Source: Mytilus californianus (taxonomy: Eukaryota). Taken from it: a stretch of DNA of 64,000 bases. The stretch's first letter is position 1, and every line of letters begins with the position of its first letter. The stretch is from the NCBI RefSeq assembly GCF_021869535.1, contig NW_026262582.1:52390001-52454000 (forward strand). Direction: 5' to 3'. The position numbers were made by a program, and so were the translations under genes. Under the pieces are notes generated by a model. It was given only the letters and a program-made list of their open reading frames with translations, had not been told where the DNA came from and made no database searches. Of this stretch, positions 36,780 through 49,549 are shown in pieces.

Positions 36780-37556
36780 AATTGAGAATGGAAATGGGGA
36801 ATGTGTCAAAGAGACAACAACCCGACCATAGAGCAGACAACAGCTGAAGGCCACCAATGGGTCTTCAATGCAGCGGAAACTCCCGCACCCGAAGGCGTCC
36901 TTCAGCTGGCCCCTAAACAAATATGTATACTAGTTCAGTGATAATGGACGTCATACTAAACTCCAAATTATACACAAGAAACTAAAATTAAAAATGGTAC
37001 AAGACTAACAAAGGCCAGAGGCTCCTGACTTGGGACAGGCGCAAAAATGTGGCGGGGTTAAACATGTTTTTTGAGATCTCAACCCTCCCCCTATACCTCT
37101 AGCCAATGTAGAAAAAACAAACGTACAACAGTATGCACAGTAAAACTCAGTTTAAGAGAAGTCTGAATCCAATGTCAGAATAGGAAACAAAAGAAAATAA
37201 ACAAAATGACAATAATACATAAATAACAACAGACTACTAGCAGTTACTGACATGCCAGCTCCAGACCTCAATTAAACTGATTGAAAGATTATGTCTTCAT
37301 CATATGAATATCAGACACAATCCCTCCGGTTAGGGGTTTAGTATTATATCATCATAAAATATATGAGAAGAACATAACCCGTGTCATGCCAACAACTGGT
37401 TTTAGAATAAATATGTTTAATTCCAATGCAAAGACCCTACAAGTGAATCAATATTAAAGCCAAAATATGCAATCTTTAATGACCTGACAACAGTATCGTA
37501 ACTATATCCCTTCTCAATAAGTCTGTTTAAAGGTTTTGTTAGCTTTTGAGGTGAAT
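36780..37556 (-). mobile_element. Penelope-like element 3' fragment (family A): RT C-terminal end and long 3' UTR, inside RPS26 intron 3
   Basis: Translates SPQKLTKPLNRLIEKGYSYDTVVRSLKIAYFGFNIDSLVGSLHWN* (stop 37419-37417), similar to the RT tail at 50870-50978. Confidence 0.75.
37300..37366 (-). promoter_or_regulatory. SECIS-like element (type II) in PLE 3' UTR
   Basis: ATGAT-GATATAAT-ACT-AAA-CCCCT...AGGG-ATTGTGTC-TGAT, with lower helix TCATAT/ATATGA. Confidence 0.75.
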
Positions 37557-38372
37557 AATGCTCGTTTCTTATTTCTTTGTCTGAGTTTTCTTTCCTTATT
37601 GCAGAAATTCAATTGTTCTAATTTCATTAATTATTCGAAATCGAACAAGAAATGGATAGACCACTTTCTACTATACATATGTAGATAGTCCAGAGAAACC
37701 TGAAAGAATTTAATTATCCGAATCACGCAAGTGGTAATTGTTACAAAATAATAACCAAAAATAAAGTATCACATTGATATCTTAACAGGGAACTGTTCCA
37801 AACGGTTAATGGACAAAAACTTTAACAAGCAGACTGTTAGTCTAATTCCGTAATTTTGGTCCAAATTCATAACAATAAGGGATAAATCCCAACAGTTGGC
37901 ATCTATGTATCTTACTAAAATCTACTTCAATTCCAATACTTCTTATGCCCACCACTATTAGAATATTGAGTAAATATAAAATAAAAAATAAAACTGATTG
38001 GATATTGAATCAAAGTACAAAATGTATCTCTATAGCTATATAAATTTGTATATCTTTTGTTATCGCTATTTTACAAAATTTTCCTTTGATCTTACTGACT
38101 GATAATTTTCTTTCTCAGCACAGTAGAGTGATATGAAAAATTATCGCTAGAAACTAAGGGCGCATGTGCCGTTGTCAATGAAATTAACAATGTCGTCATA
38201 GGTAAAATAACGATAAACAGATTGGTCATCTCAACTCGATTGCTTTTCTCACTTTCCCTGTAACGGCTCAAGCGAGAAAATCAATATGGTTGAGATGACC
38301 AACGATTCTCAATAATTCTCTATCAACACAATAAAATGTACTTAAAATGTTGTAAAGTGTCATAAAACTTAC

Positions 38373-38506
38373 CATTCTTGGTCTGAACCTAAGTGGGGGT
38401 GATCGGTCTTTACGTGCCTCTCGTGATCTGTTTCTCACTACTTTTGAATGGATTGCACAGGACACACAGTACAACAGCTTAGCATATAGCTTGGGCAATG
38501 CATATA
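38373..38506 (-). CDS. RPS26: RPS26 exon 3 ([45 protein letters not shown])
   Basis: Clear eS26 sequence. TTTCAG acceptor, GTAAGT donor. Confidence 0.97.
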
Positions 38507-39819
38507 CTGAAATAATGATTATATCAATATCAACATTTGGTTTCAATATACAACTAAATATTTGGTAACTTGTATTGACATAGTAACATATTTGGGTCAT
38601 TATACAGTGTAAACAGCTGATTTCTATCATTCAAAGGTCAACATTTGAATTTTAATCTGTGGCTATATTTAAAGGGATGTAAAAAAAAAATGACACTCAA
38701 TTTTTTAGTTTCATGTTATGACATTGTCCCCTTCTTTTTGTTATATTGATCTTGTGAACGCCACTTAAAGAACTGATTAATTACTACTGTGGATTCATCA
38801 TTATTCAATATTGGATACATCTTTTTGTGGATTTTGTTGGTAAAGGTGATCCAAGAATTTAAATGTTCACCCAAGTACAAATTTTGTGAAGGCTTGTACA
38901 TGTATGTAGACTTTTGTTAAACCATGAAATCAAATATCCACAAAAATTGATACCCAAGAAAATAAATGAATCCACAGTAAATATTCATATAAAAAAAAGT
39001 ATGTTTGAGCTGAGGTGGTTTAAAATTCTGTCAAAATCTTCCGTTTGAAAACACTGAGAGAAATCCCGAAATATGTTCTTTAAAAGGGATTCAGAGCTGC
39101 CCTTGAGGCATGCTCTGAAAGGATGTAGGAAACACCAGTTGTACATAATTTTAATTGTATAATATTGCGAACATTTTAAATGTAATTTGTAAATAGCGAA
39201 GAGAGAACTTTCTGTGTTGCCCGACACTTGTTGGCACGGAACCAATAACATTCAGTTTTGAATCCGGTTCCTTACCTGGAAGAAGAAGAAAAGTGGTGGG
39301 AAATACTCGAGCAGATTACTAGACTGACAATTTCGTCTAAATGCATCTTAGCAAGTCCCACAATATAGATACCATCAGAGCAAACATTTTTATCTCGGGG
39401 CTGTTATATTTAAGTAAGTTACAAAACTGACTCTTCCCTGACATAGTCAACAAAAAAATATTTCTTAATAAGATCAAATTAGTCACACCCTAAGGTGAGA
39501 AGTTGTAAATGGTTAAAGGACTTCTAATTGACACGTCTTTGCAAATTTGTTTTCTTACCAATTAAAGAATAGGACTGATATGGTTTAACTCTAAGTTTGT
39601 AATCATTAATATTCAATAGGTGTTTATTGAATCATTGATTAGATTCTTGTATACCTAACAATTCTTGTGACTATTTTCTAGTCAAAAATAACTTGGATTA
39701 TTCCGGGGTAAAATCAATTTGTAACATCACAGAGTTGACATCCTTAGTTTATATATTTTAGATTTAAACTGGTTAAATAATATAAAAACAATTACCATTT
39801 TGATGTTCCTTTAAAATAA

Positions 39820-40745
39820 TAAAATGCATCGCTGAGCGCAGCCCGATACGACCTCAGAGGTCTAACCCTGAACAGTTGGGGCAAATTTGGACACAATATT
39901 CAAGCTTGATACTGTCTGATTTTGGATTGTGATAAAAAAAAATGTGGTCAAAGATCTTATAAATCTTCCGCGCAATACTATGCAATTGAAGATTTCTTCT
40001 TGAAACTTTTCAAAAATTCGAAATTTAAAAAATTTTGAAAAAAAAAAAATGAATCCCTTAAATTTGGGAAAAAAATCCCCCCCCCCAACTTTTTGAAACC
40101 CTTCTTGGAGCAATAACCCCAAAACTCAATCCCAGCCTTTCCTTTGGAGTATGGAACCTTGTAGTACAATTTCAGAGAGATCCATACACTTACACACAAG
40201 TTATTGTCCGTAAACTAGAAAAATGCTAGTTTATGGCCCTTTTTTGGCCCCTAATTCCTACGTTTGAGGCAATTAACCCCAAACTCAATCCCAGCCTTCC
40301 CTTTGTTAAATGGAACCTTGTGGTACAATGTCAGAGAGATCCATACACTTACACACAAGTTATTGTCTGGAAACTAGAAAAATGCTTGTTTTGGCCCTTA
40401 ATTCCTAAACTGTTGGCCCCATAACCCCTAAAATGAATCCCAACCTTCTACTAGTGGTATTAAACATTGTGGTACAATTTCAGAGCAATCGAAATACTTC
40501 TACACAAGTTATTATCCTGAAACTGGAAAAATGCTCGTTTTGGGCCCCTAATTCCTAAACGGTTGGGACCATCACCCCCACAATCAATCCCAACCTTCCT
40601 TTTGAGGTAATGAACCTTCTTAAAAAATTTCAGAGATCCATTCACTTAAACTTAAGTTATTGTCCGGAAACCAATGTGTCTTCGGACAACAACACAGACG
40701 ACGTCATACGATCCCAAAATTTTTGTGGCAGTCGTATAAAAATGC
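39820..40745. mobile_element. HINE-like element with ~150-160-bp internal array, in RPS26 intron 2
   Basis: Reverse complement of the 11410-12745 family. Confidence 0.7.
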
Positions 40746-41142
40746 TAATAAAAAGGATTTTGTACGAAACAAAGTTATTTTTGTTGTAAATAGTTCATGA
40801 CCCTCCAATCTTTTCACACATCCTTTGTCAGTTGAATTTTAGTGAAAATGCATTTTTTTATGACTGCTTAATGCAAATTTTTAAATCCTGTTTTTTCTTT
40901 CTTCCCAAAACCATCAAATAACAGACCGTACAGTAACTCTCGAGTTTTCATCCTGGTTCTTTGATCTATGGTCAATAGTAGTCTCATTAGCAATCATGCC
41001 ACATCTCCTTATTTCTAAATTAAAATGTCGACAAATCTGACACTTTCAACATATATTTTCTTGTTTTCTATCAGTAATTTCCATCCATTTTGAACACCAC
41101 TTACCACATCAACAAATGACAAATATTCTCAAATAAACCTAC

Positions 41143-41320
41143 CATCATATACACTGGCATCAGAGATATCTCTGACAGCTGCTGCCTCCACAATATTTCT
41201 GATGACAAACTTCTTGATGGCCTTGTCTTTGGGAACACAGCGGGCACAGTTGGTACACCTTACATACTTAACGTGCCCGCGCCCTTTTTTGCTGCGTCCA
41301 TTATTTCGACGCTTGGAAGT
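41143..41320 (-). CDS. RPS26: RPS26 exon 2 ([59 protein letters not shown]), 178 nt
   Basis: eS26 zinc-binding signature. TTCAG acceptor, GTAGGT donor. Confidence 0.97.
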
Positions 41321-41659
41321 CTGAAAAATACTTGTAAATATACATTTTGCTACATTTATTGATGAGCATACAGGAACTGCTTAAGACTTACAAATATAGA
41401 GCTAAGCAAATTTAAGGAATAACCATTGTATCTCACTCACACCATTTCAAGGCATTTGCTGTATACCAAGTTCAAGATCAACCAACTGAGGTATCATGAC
41501 CTTTTCATCACTTTAATGTGTTCCAATTTGTGACATGTTTTTGCTTCTGAATTCTTGTGCTCACTGTATTTGGTGATAAAGGTGTTACTTTAAACTTTAT
41601 TAGTCATAGTAGACAGCACAAAAAATGGAAGAGATGAAAACTCTGGACTTTGACTTTAA

Positions 41660-42242
41660 GGTTCATCATAACAAATGGACAAATATGGCCGTATTTTCAC
41701 ATCAAAAACTACTCTGTGTACAGACTTACCTGTGCAGTTTGGAAAGTTTTAAGGTCTGGCATCCAATAGATATATAAAAGTTAAATGCATTTTGTGTTTC
41801 AGAAAGATAAAATCGTTTTTGGATTTTGATGGGCATTTTTTTTCCTTCCTGCAGAAGGTGTAAAAATAAACAAACACCTGAATTGCATTTGATACTGTCC
41901 ACTCAGTTACTACCTTTAACTCACCTATAGATGTGTAGATATCTATTGTCCATGCCAATCAAGTACAATCAATACAATACAAACCAGTTGTTACCCGAGA
42001 GGGAGCATCTCAAAGTTGTATCCCAACTTAGTTTATTTTTACACCTTCTGCAGGAATGAAAAAAAATGCCCATTAAAATCCAAAAAAGATTTTACCTTTC
42101 TGATATACAAAATACATTTAACTTTTATATATCTAGTGGATGCCAGGCCTTAAAACTTTCCAAACTGCTCAGGTAAGTCTGTACACGGAGTAGTTTTTGA
42201 GGTGAAAATACGGCCATATTTGTCCATTTGTTATGATGAACC
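41660..42242. mobile_element. Kolobok-like non-autonomous foldback element with ~215-bp inverted arms
   Basis: TTAA|GGTTCATC...GATGAACC|TTAA, i.e. RR...YY termini with TTAA TSD. Confidence 0.8.
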
Positions 42243-42820
42243 TTAAGTGAGAAAAGGAGGGTCATGTTAGTTTATACATTTTCTCTTAATTAAATGCAGC
42301 ATGATTTGTAAGAATCAATAGGGGAGTTTTTGAATGATGTACCACGTTTGGCATGTGGTCATACGGGGAAAACAGTCAAAGGACGTTGTGACTTGGATAT
42401 TTGTTTTGTGAATTTATCGGGGAAACTATCATCACCATGTGGTCGTCAAAGCTTGGTAGATATCTTGGTAAGGTACATGTACAAGCAACAACATGCACGA
42501 AAACACGTTTTTTTCGTCACTGCAGACGACAGTAAAATATACATACATCAAACTTTTAAATATCAGAGATATGTCGTGTTTTCAAAAGTTCACAGGTTTC
42601 TCGAGATTAAATAATTTTTCGTTGACGTTGAGTAAATTCAACCATTTATGTCGATTTGTTAACATGTGAACCTTAAAAACCATTAAATATTATTTTTGTG
42701 TAAACTTAACATTGAACAAGTTATAACTGTATATATGTTTAACATTGTGCCAGTTTATTCAATATCAAAACTAACAAGAACACGTTAAAAAAATATAGAG
42801 CACATGGCTATGCGACCTAC

Positions 42821-42844
42821 CATGCCGACTACCACATGTAAAAG
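42821..42844 (-). CDS. RPS26: Best candidate RPS26 exon 1 (short TOP-like leader ending in ATG|GTAGGT). Only the ATG at 42823-42821 is coding.
   Basis: TCTTTT at 42845-42840, ETS-like CCGGAA at ~42864 and ~43029. An alternative ATG|GTGAGA exists near 45171-45178. Confidence 0.5.
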
Positions 42845-43419
42845 ACTTGCACAAGGATATCACCGGAAGAGTTGAACGATATTAGAGTAATGCAACACAT
42901 CATTGCGTAATATATAGGTGTAATAAATTGAAACTAGATTTTGTAAAAAAATCCATTTAAATTGTTTAAATATTTTATACATTCAATCTAATATAAGTAT
43001 AAATTATTTTGCACTATTTTGTTTCATTCCGGAAACAGTAATACGGCGAATGAATAGCCTCGTTTTAATTGGTTATACTAGTACCCTTACCTAAACCCCA
43101 ATGATGTTTAATCCGGTACCCACCCATTTAATATATAAAAATTTCCTTAAATTAATTATAGATGATGGAGAAATCATCCATGTAGCTTTTTTGCACAAAA
43201 CTATTCATTGAAAAGGGGACTCAGACATTGATATCGATCATGATCCTGAACCTAAGGTCAAAATTGACACAATTTGTCTCGCTTGTACCAGAGACATATA
43301 TATAACTTGTATTATATGTCTCTGCTTGTACGAATAGTTTCCTCTTATGGTACACCATTTCTCATAGTAATTTCTCATTGTACTTAGAAAGTTTGTTTAG
43401 GCGCAGGATCGCGTTTCAG

Positions 43420-44460
43420 GGCTTGCCAGTTCTTGAAAATGCTCTGATTTAGATAGATATTCCCCTATAATTTGTGCAGTTTTTTCTTATGTTTCTCTCT
43501 TTGATGGTGAAAGTAGTCACGGTTTGAATGTCTACTGGAATGTTAAGTATTTCCAGTTGTCTTTTCAAGTCTTCTCTTTCCTGATGGTATCTTGGGTAGT
43601 ATATTAAGTAATGTTCTGTTGTTTTTTCTTCACCGCATTCACAATACGGCATGAGGGATTGACCTATTTGGTTTCTGTATTTGTTTAGCCTGTTGTAGCC
43701 TGCCATTCTTAGTTCTGATAATATTCTTCCAATTTGGGGGTTAGGGAAGTCTAGTTGTACTTCCCAACAATAGGTACCAGATCGTATAGCTGTCTCCCTG
43801 TTTCACTGATTGTCCATCTGCTTTGCCATTTTAGTTTTGTAGACATCTTGACTGCATGCACTTCTTACATCCGGCATAGTTATGACATTAAATTGATCAT
43901 CATGGTTTAGTGATGAGGCCTCCTTTGCAGCATCTTTCGCCAACTGGTCCTCTATCTCGTTCCCGGCTATATTAGCATGGCCTGGGATCAAAGATAGGGT
44001 TGTTAGTATGCCGTGTCTAAAGAGTGTCCCCATACGTTCTCTAATGTCTGTTATTGCATGTGTCAATGTAGTTTGAAGATTTCCAATGCAGAGTCAAGAA
44101 GACTACAGCAGTCTGCCAACGTTTGACCTCAGAAAACTGGTCCTTTATTGTTGTAATGCAGTGCTCTAGAACCACTAGGATTGCTACAAGTTCGGCAAGT
44201 AGTATTGATCCTCTGTTAGCTACTGGCCTCTTTAGGCTCACGCCTTGGCTATTTCCAGAATATACTACCGCCCCCTCCCAACATGGTCCTGGATTACCCT
44301 GACAAGAGCCGTCAGTGAATGCCACTACACTGAGTTGAGTCTGTGCTATCTCCTAGTAGGTCGAAGGAATCTCGTTCCATGCCAATTCGTTCCAATTAAG
44401 TTGCAACTCATTTTGTTCTTGAACATTAGGGTTTTGAGCTCAACTGACACAACGAAAACT
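43420..44460 (-). pseudogene. Decayed RNase H-bearing LINE 3' end (I/Nimb/Ingi-like)
   Basis: AFTDGSCQGNPG, AELVAI, IPGHANIAGNE and C-terminal CECG...EHYL. Frameshifted across three ORFs. Confidence 0.85.
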
Positions 44461-46087
44461 TGATAAATACATTTTTTTTTAATTTTCCCAGTATTTAGTG
44501 TTCTATTGTATTATTTTTTTTCAAATATCATATTTACTATGTAAAACATAATTTTGCAAGTATAAGGTAAAATAACAAAACAAAAAAACCGAACTCCAAG
44601 GAAAATTCAAAACGCCGGAAAGTCATATGGCAAAATCGAAAGCTCAAACACATAAAACGAATGGAAAACTACTGTCATGCATATTCCTGATTTGGTACAG
44701 GCATTTCCGTATGGTGAAAATGGTTGATTAAACCTGATTTTAAAGCCGGCTGTTTTATAGTTATTTCAAATTTAATTTAAAAGGAGTTATGTTGAATGCA
44801 TAAAAAATACTGAATGCATTTTACATGGAATTAAGAGGTAACTGTTACAACAACACAAGAATATACATGTACATATGTTTCTGACAACACTCATACTCTT
44901 TTTTTATTGTCATAGGTTGAATAATATATATTTTTCAAATGCTGACACGGGTTGAAGACACCACTGATCGTTACTCTACAATATAAACCACCAAAATTAA
45001 GCTCCATTAGACAACATTTAATTTGATTAACTTGTTAATTTTGACACGCGTAAGAGATAATTGCAAGTGCATATATAATGATGAACCGTAAAAATTTGTA
45101 TAGGAAAACACGAGGTTGTATACCGAGCATTTCTAGTATGTTTCGAGCCGCATTCAACTTCTTACAATATCTCACCATATCATTAATCATGTTAATGTCC
45201 CGATACACATTTTAATATGCACCCACCATGCCATATAGCACCGTCCCTTGGTGCCTCCTGCAGTTAAGCTATATATATTTAGCCTACTCACAGAATTCTT
45301 TTTTTTTGTTTCTTTCTAGAGGTGTGCCTGAGACGAAGGTTTTGTATATACTATATATATACGAATATGTGAAAACTGTTGTTTCTTATTTGTGTTTGTA
45401 ACTATGTATACTGTATTGTTTATTATATTTGTAAAAATAATATTATAATGATATTATATTATGCTCCTTGTGAGCCCATTTGATGGAAATAAAGCATCTT
45501 CATATGAACTTAGCATTTCGAGACCATGAATAGTTTTCTCCTTATACTGTTTAAAATTAATTATTTTGTGTGAAACCATCAATTCTGAATATGAAGCGGA
45601 CGGCGTAAACTGAAATCTACTGACGATATTCCAGACTTTGGTCAGTAGCATACACCTTTGGGTTACGGGGTGAAACTAACCTTTTGTAATTTCCAAATCT
45701 TACCCTTCATTATTTCGACCATTGAACTAACAAAACGACATAAAAGAACATGCAAGACAAATCAATACAAGAAAAGGGGTCCATATATAGTTATATGATG
45801 AGAGAAGACGAACATTTAAATGCATTCACAAAGTGTGGTGTATCTACTATAAGTAAATGATGTCCCTTTGTTGCGCATGAAGTGTTCCCGGGTATATTCA
45901 AAACCTACATTGCATGCTAACATTTATTACGGCAGATGACCCTGGATGAAAATTTTTTATAGTTCAGATATTTGTAAGTAACTGCACTTCATTGGCAGAC
46001 CAACGAATGTATGCATTTCTTTAATACATAGTATTATACACCGAATCAGTGATGCGTTTGTCTTGGCTGGTATTATAATGGCATAAC

Positions 46088-46870
46088 CTGTAAAATTGAG
46101 AATGGAAATGGGGAATGTGTCAAAGAGACAACAACCCGACCACAGAACAGACAACAACAGAAGGCCACCAACAGGTCTTCAATGCAGCGAGAAATTCCCG
46201 CACCCGGAGCCGTCCTTCAGCTGGCCCCTAAACAAATATATATACTAGTTCAGTGATAATGAACGCCATACTAAACTCCAAATTGTACACAAGAAACTAA
46301 AATTAAAAATAATACAAGACTAACAAAGGCTAGAGGCTCCTGATTTGGGACAGGCGCAAAAATGCGGCGGGGTTAAACATGTTTATGAGATCTCAACCCT
46401 CCCCCTATACCTCTAGCCAATGTAGAAAAGTAAACGCATAACAATACGCACATTAAAATTCAGTTCAAGAGAAGTCCGAATCTGATGTCAGAAGATGTAA
46501 CCAAAGAAAATAAACAAAATGACAATAATACATAAATAACAACAGACTACTAGCAGTTAACTGACATGCCAGCTCCAGACTTCAATTAAACTGATTGAAA
46601 GATTATGTCTTCATCATATGAATATCAGGCACAATCCTTCCCGTTAGGGGTTTAGTATCATACCATCATAACATATATGAGAAGAACATAACCCGTGTCA
46701 TGCCAACAACTGGTTTTTAAATAAATGTGTTTAGTGCCGATGCAAAGACCCTATAAGTGAATCAATATTAACGCCAAAATATGCAATCTTTAATGACCTG
46801 ACAACAGTATCGTAACTATATCCCTTCTTAATAAGTCTATTTAAAGGTTTTGTTAGTTTCAGAGGTGAAT
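46088..46870 (-). mobile_element. Penelope-like family A 3' fragment, copy 2, SECIS-like at 46614-46680
   Basis: Colinear with 36780-37556. Confidence 0.75.
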
Positions 46871-47857
46871 ACTGACATTTGGTTTACCCGATGCTGAGTC
46901 CTTTGATCTCACACCCCCTCCCTCGATCTTCGAGAAAGGAGTGATTCAATTGAACGTCACAAAGTTTAGTGTAAAGAATATATAGAAGCAAAACTATTGA
47001 ATATAAGCATGTCACATAGGGTTGTCTTTCTTCTTATTTACTACTCAAAGTATTGCATTCACTTCTGATCACTTCTCTTATTATTTTATGAAAGTTCTTA
47101 AAATCGTGTTCTTCCCTAGCTGTTGCGTCAATTACGTAGTGTTATTTTTTTAATTGAGAACGCATAAAAAATATTTGGAGTCTTGTTAAAAAAAAACACA
47201 GTTACCTGCTCACACACCAACTTAATAATACTTTTTATTGTATATAAGAACAAGAAGATATGGTATGATTGCCAATGAGGCAACTTTCCACCAGAGATCA
47301 ATGATGTAAATCGAAGTTAGCAACTGTAGGTCACCGAGGAACCTTCAACAACGAGCAAACCCCATACCGCTATAAAAGCTATATATAAAAGGCCATGATA
47401 TGATAAATGTAAAACAATTCAAACGAGAAAACTTATGTACAAAACAATTAACGGAAAAACAAATATGATGTACAGCAACAAACGACTACCACTGAATTAC
47501 TGGCTTGGGACAGGCACATACATACAGAATGTGACAGGTTTTAACATGTTTGCAAGTGCCCAACCTTTCCCTAACATTTGCCAGTTGTGTAACAGCACAG
47601 CATAAGAACACACTACTTCGGTTGAAAAGGCTTGTTTGTTTTAATATTTGGATTGTCAGTGTATTGACGTTTTATTTCATTGAATAGGCACTATATTTAT
47701 TGGAATGGCACGGTGTGCCTCAAGATTGGTGTCGGTTAAAGTTTGAAGTTAGACACAGACTATTTCTTTTTCACCATGAGTTGATCGATCGTTACATTGA
47801 CTCAATGCTTAACTCTGTGTTAATTTTAGATAGATGTCGTTGATCCTGTACATGCAT

Positions 47858-48035
47858 GAGGGTCTCTGGATTTGGGAAGGGATCTTCAGTTCTGTATTCT
47901 TTAATTTTTATGCATTTTTCTCTATTCTTCGCTTTTTTCCCATCATTATATAATCTTTTGTATTTTAGCAACCTCATTATTCTCTATTTTTTGGGCCTAT
48001 TTTTTCCTGATTCTGTAAACCCCACCTTGACCCTC
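47858..48035. mobile_element. GAGGGTC...GACCCTC MITE, 6-bp TSD ATGCAT/GTGCAT
   Basis: Terminal inverted heptamers. A related copy at 48299-48520 has TSD TTTTAT/TTCTAT. Confidence 0.65.
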
Positions 48036-49549
48036 GTGCATGTCCAATATATTATGTTAGAGTTATGTATTTTGCCAAAAATTGGTGATATCTCTAGGGA
48101 TTATAGACATTTACCAATCCGCTAGTGTGTTTTATAAATGGCTTATCGCTGGATATCTTTCATCGGCTGATTTTAAAAGGAACAATACGACGAGTGTCAC
48201 AGTTGGGACAGGTACTGCTGACCCTTTAGGAGCAACCGAGATCACCCCGTATTTGTTTGAGTTTGTGTCCTTATCTCTGGTTTCCTGTAGTGTTTTATAA
48301 GGGTCTTAATCGGGGGTCACTCATTTCTTTTTTTCTTTAATTTTTTTAGATAATTTTTCACTGTTCATTATTTATTTTGCCCATTATTCTCTATTTTGTA
48401 TATTTTAGCACCTAATTGTTATCTATTCTTTATTTTATTGTCTATTTTTTATTTTCTAGCCCTTTAGTCTGCATTTTTTGCCCATCATTCTCTATTCTGT
48501 AAACCCCAACCCAGACCCTCTTCTATAGGCGTTCTGTTGTTGCATTGGCCATGTGTTCTTCTGCTTATAGTTCATTAGATTTATGTGGTTTCTCTAATTA
48601 AAAGTATTTATTGTCATTAAATACCATATACTGTCTTGTTCAATTAAAATAATTGATAATGGGATGTATACTATCTGGTAAACGTGACACAGTTCAACAT
48701 GAACTAAGGAAATAATTTGTCTTCCAAAATTACAGAAGTACATTCGTCCATTACTCTTCAACTAATTGTTCCGTTCAATAAAAATGGTTCTAAATAGATC
48801 ATTTTAGATGTAGACTATCTGGTGAACGTGACACAACTCAACATGAAATAAGGAAATAGTTTGCCATCGAAAATTTACAGAAGTACATTCGTCCATTACT
48901 CTTCAATTAGTTTTATATTGAAAGACCGAAAAGAGCACAGCGACAGCTTTTCGCAACGCTGTAATTTCTTCCTTCCTGTTTAATTAAAAAGGCATGTCTA
49001 AGTTAAATGCATGACTATTAACCTAAATATGGTTTCTCTTATTCTAAAGTCTAGACTTAAAATTTATACGTAAGAGTTTTTTCGGTTGATACATACAAGT
49101 ATGTCTTCTACTGTTATGTTATTTTAACAAATTATTCAGATCTTGTCGAAAGCAACACTCCTCATTTATATTAATGATGTAATTTAAAGTTACTTATAGA
49201 TCTGAGATGAGGAATTGGTAGACAATTTATCAACACGGAAAACATAATAAAGAAAACTGCTCATATTTTTTTCTGGAAATTGTGTTTGATAATCGAGTTC
49301 TATTGTGATTTCTGTCTGCACTGAAAATAAGAGTTAACTGAATAGAAAATGATTTTTTTAGTATTAGTTGTATTCGCCCAATATATATTTGAAAAGGGGG
49401 GTTGAAACGGGGTGCTCATCTTTAAAATCCCGCTTTTTTGTACTTTTTTTCCCATCTCCCACTTTTCCTGCAATTTTATTGTAGTAAGGTGTTTTTTGTT
49501 TTTGTTTTGAACAATACTGCAATACTGGAATGTGAGAGTATTCCATAGA

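Noticed and set aside
39140-39440. Intronic snoRNA in RPS26 intron 2
   Set aside because: Hairpins exist, but I could not place H plus ACA or C plus D boxes at correct spacing.
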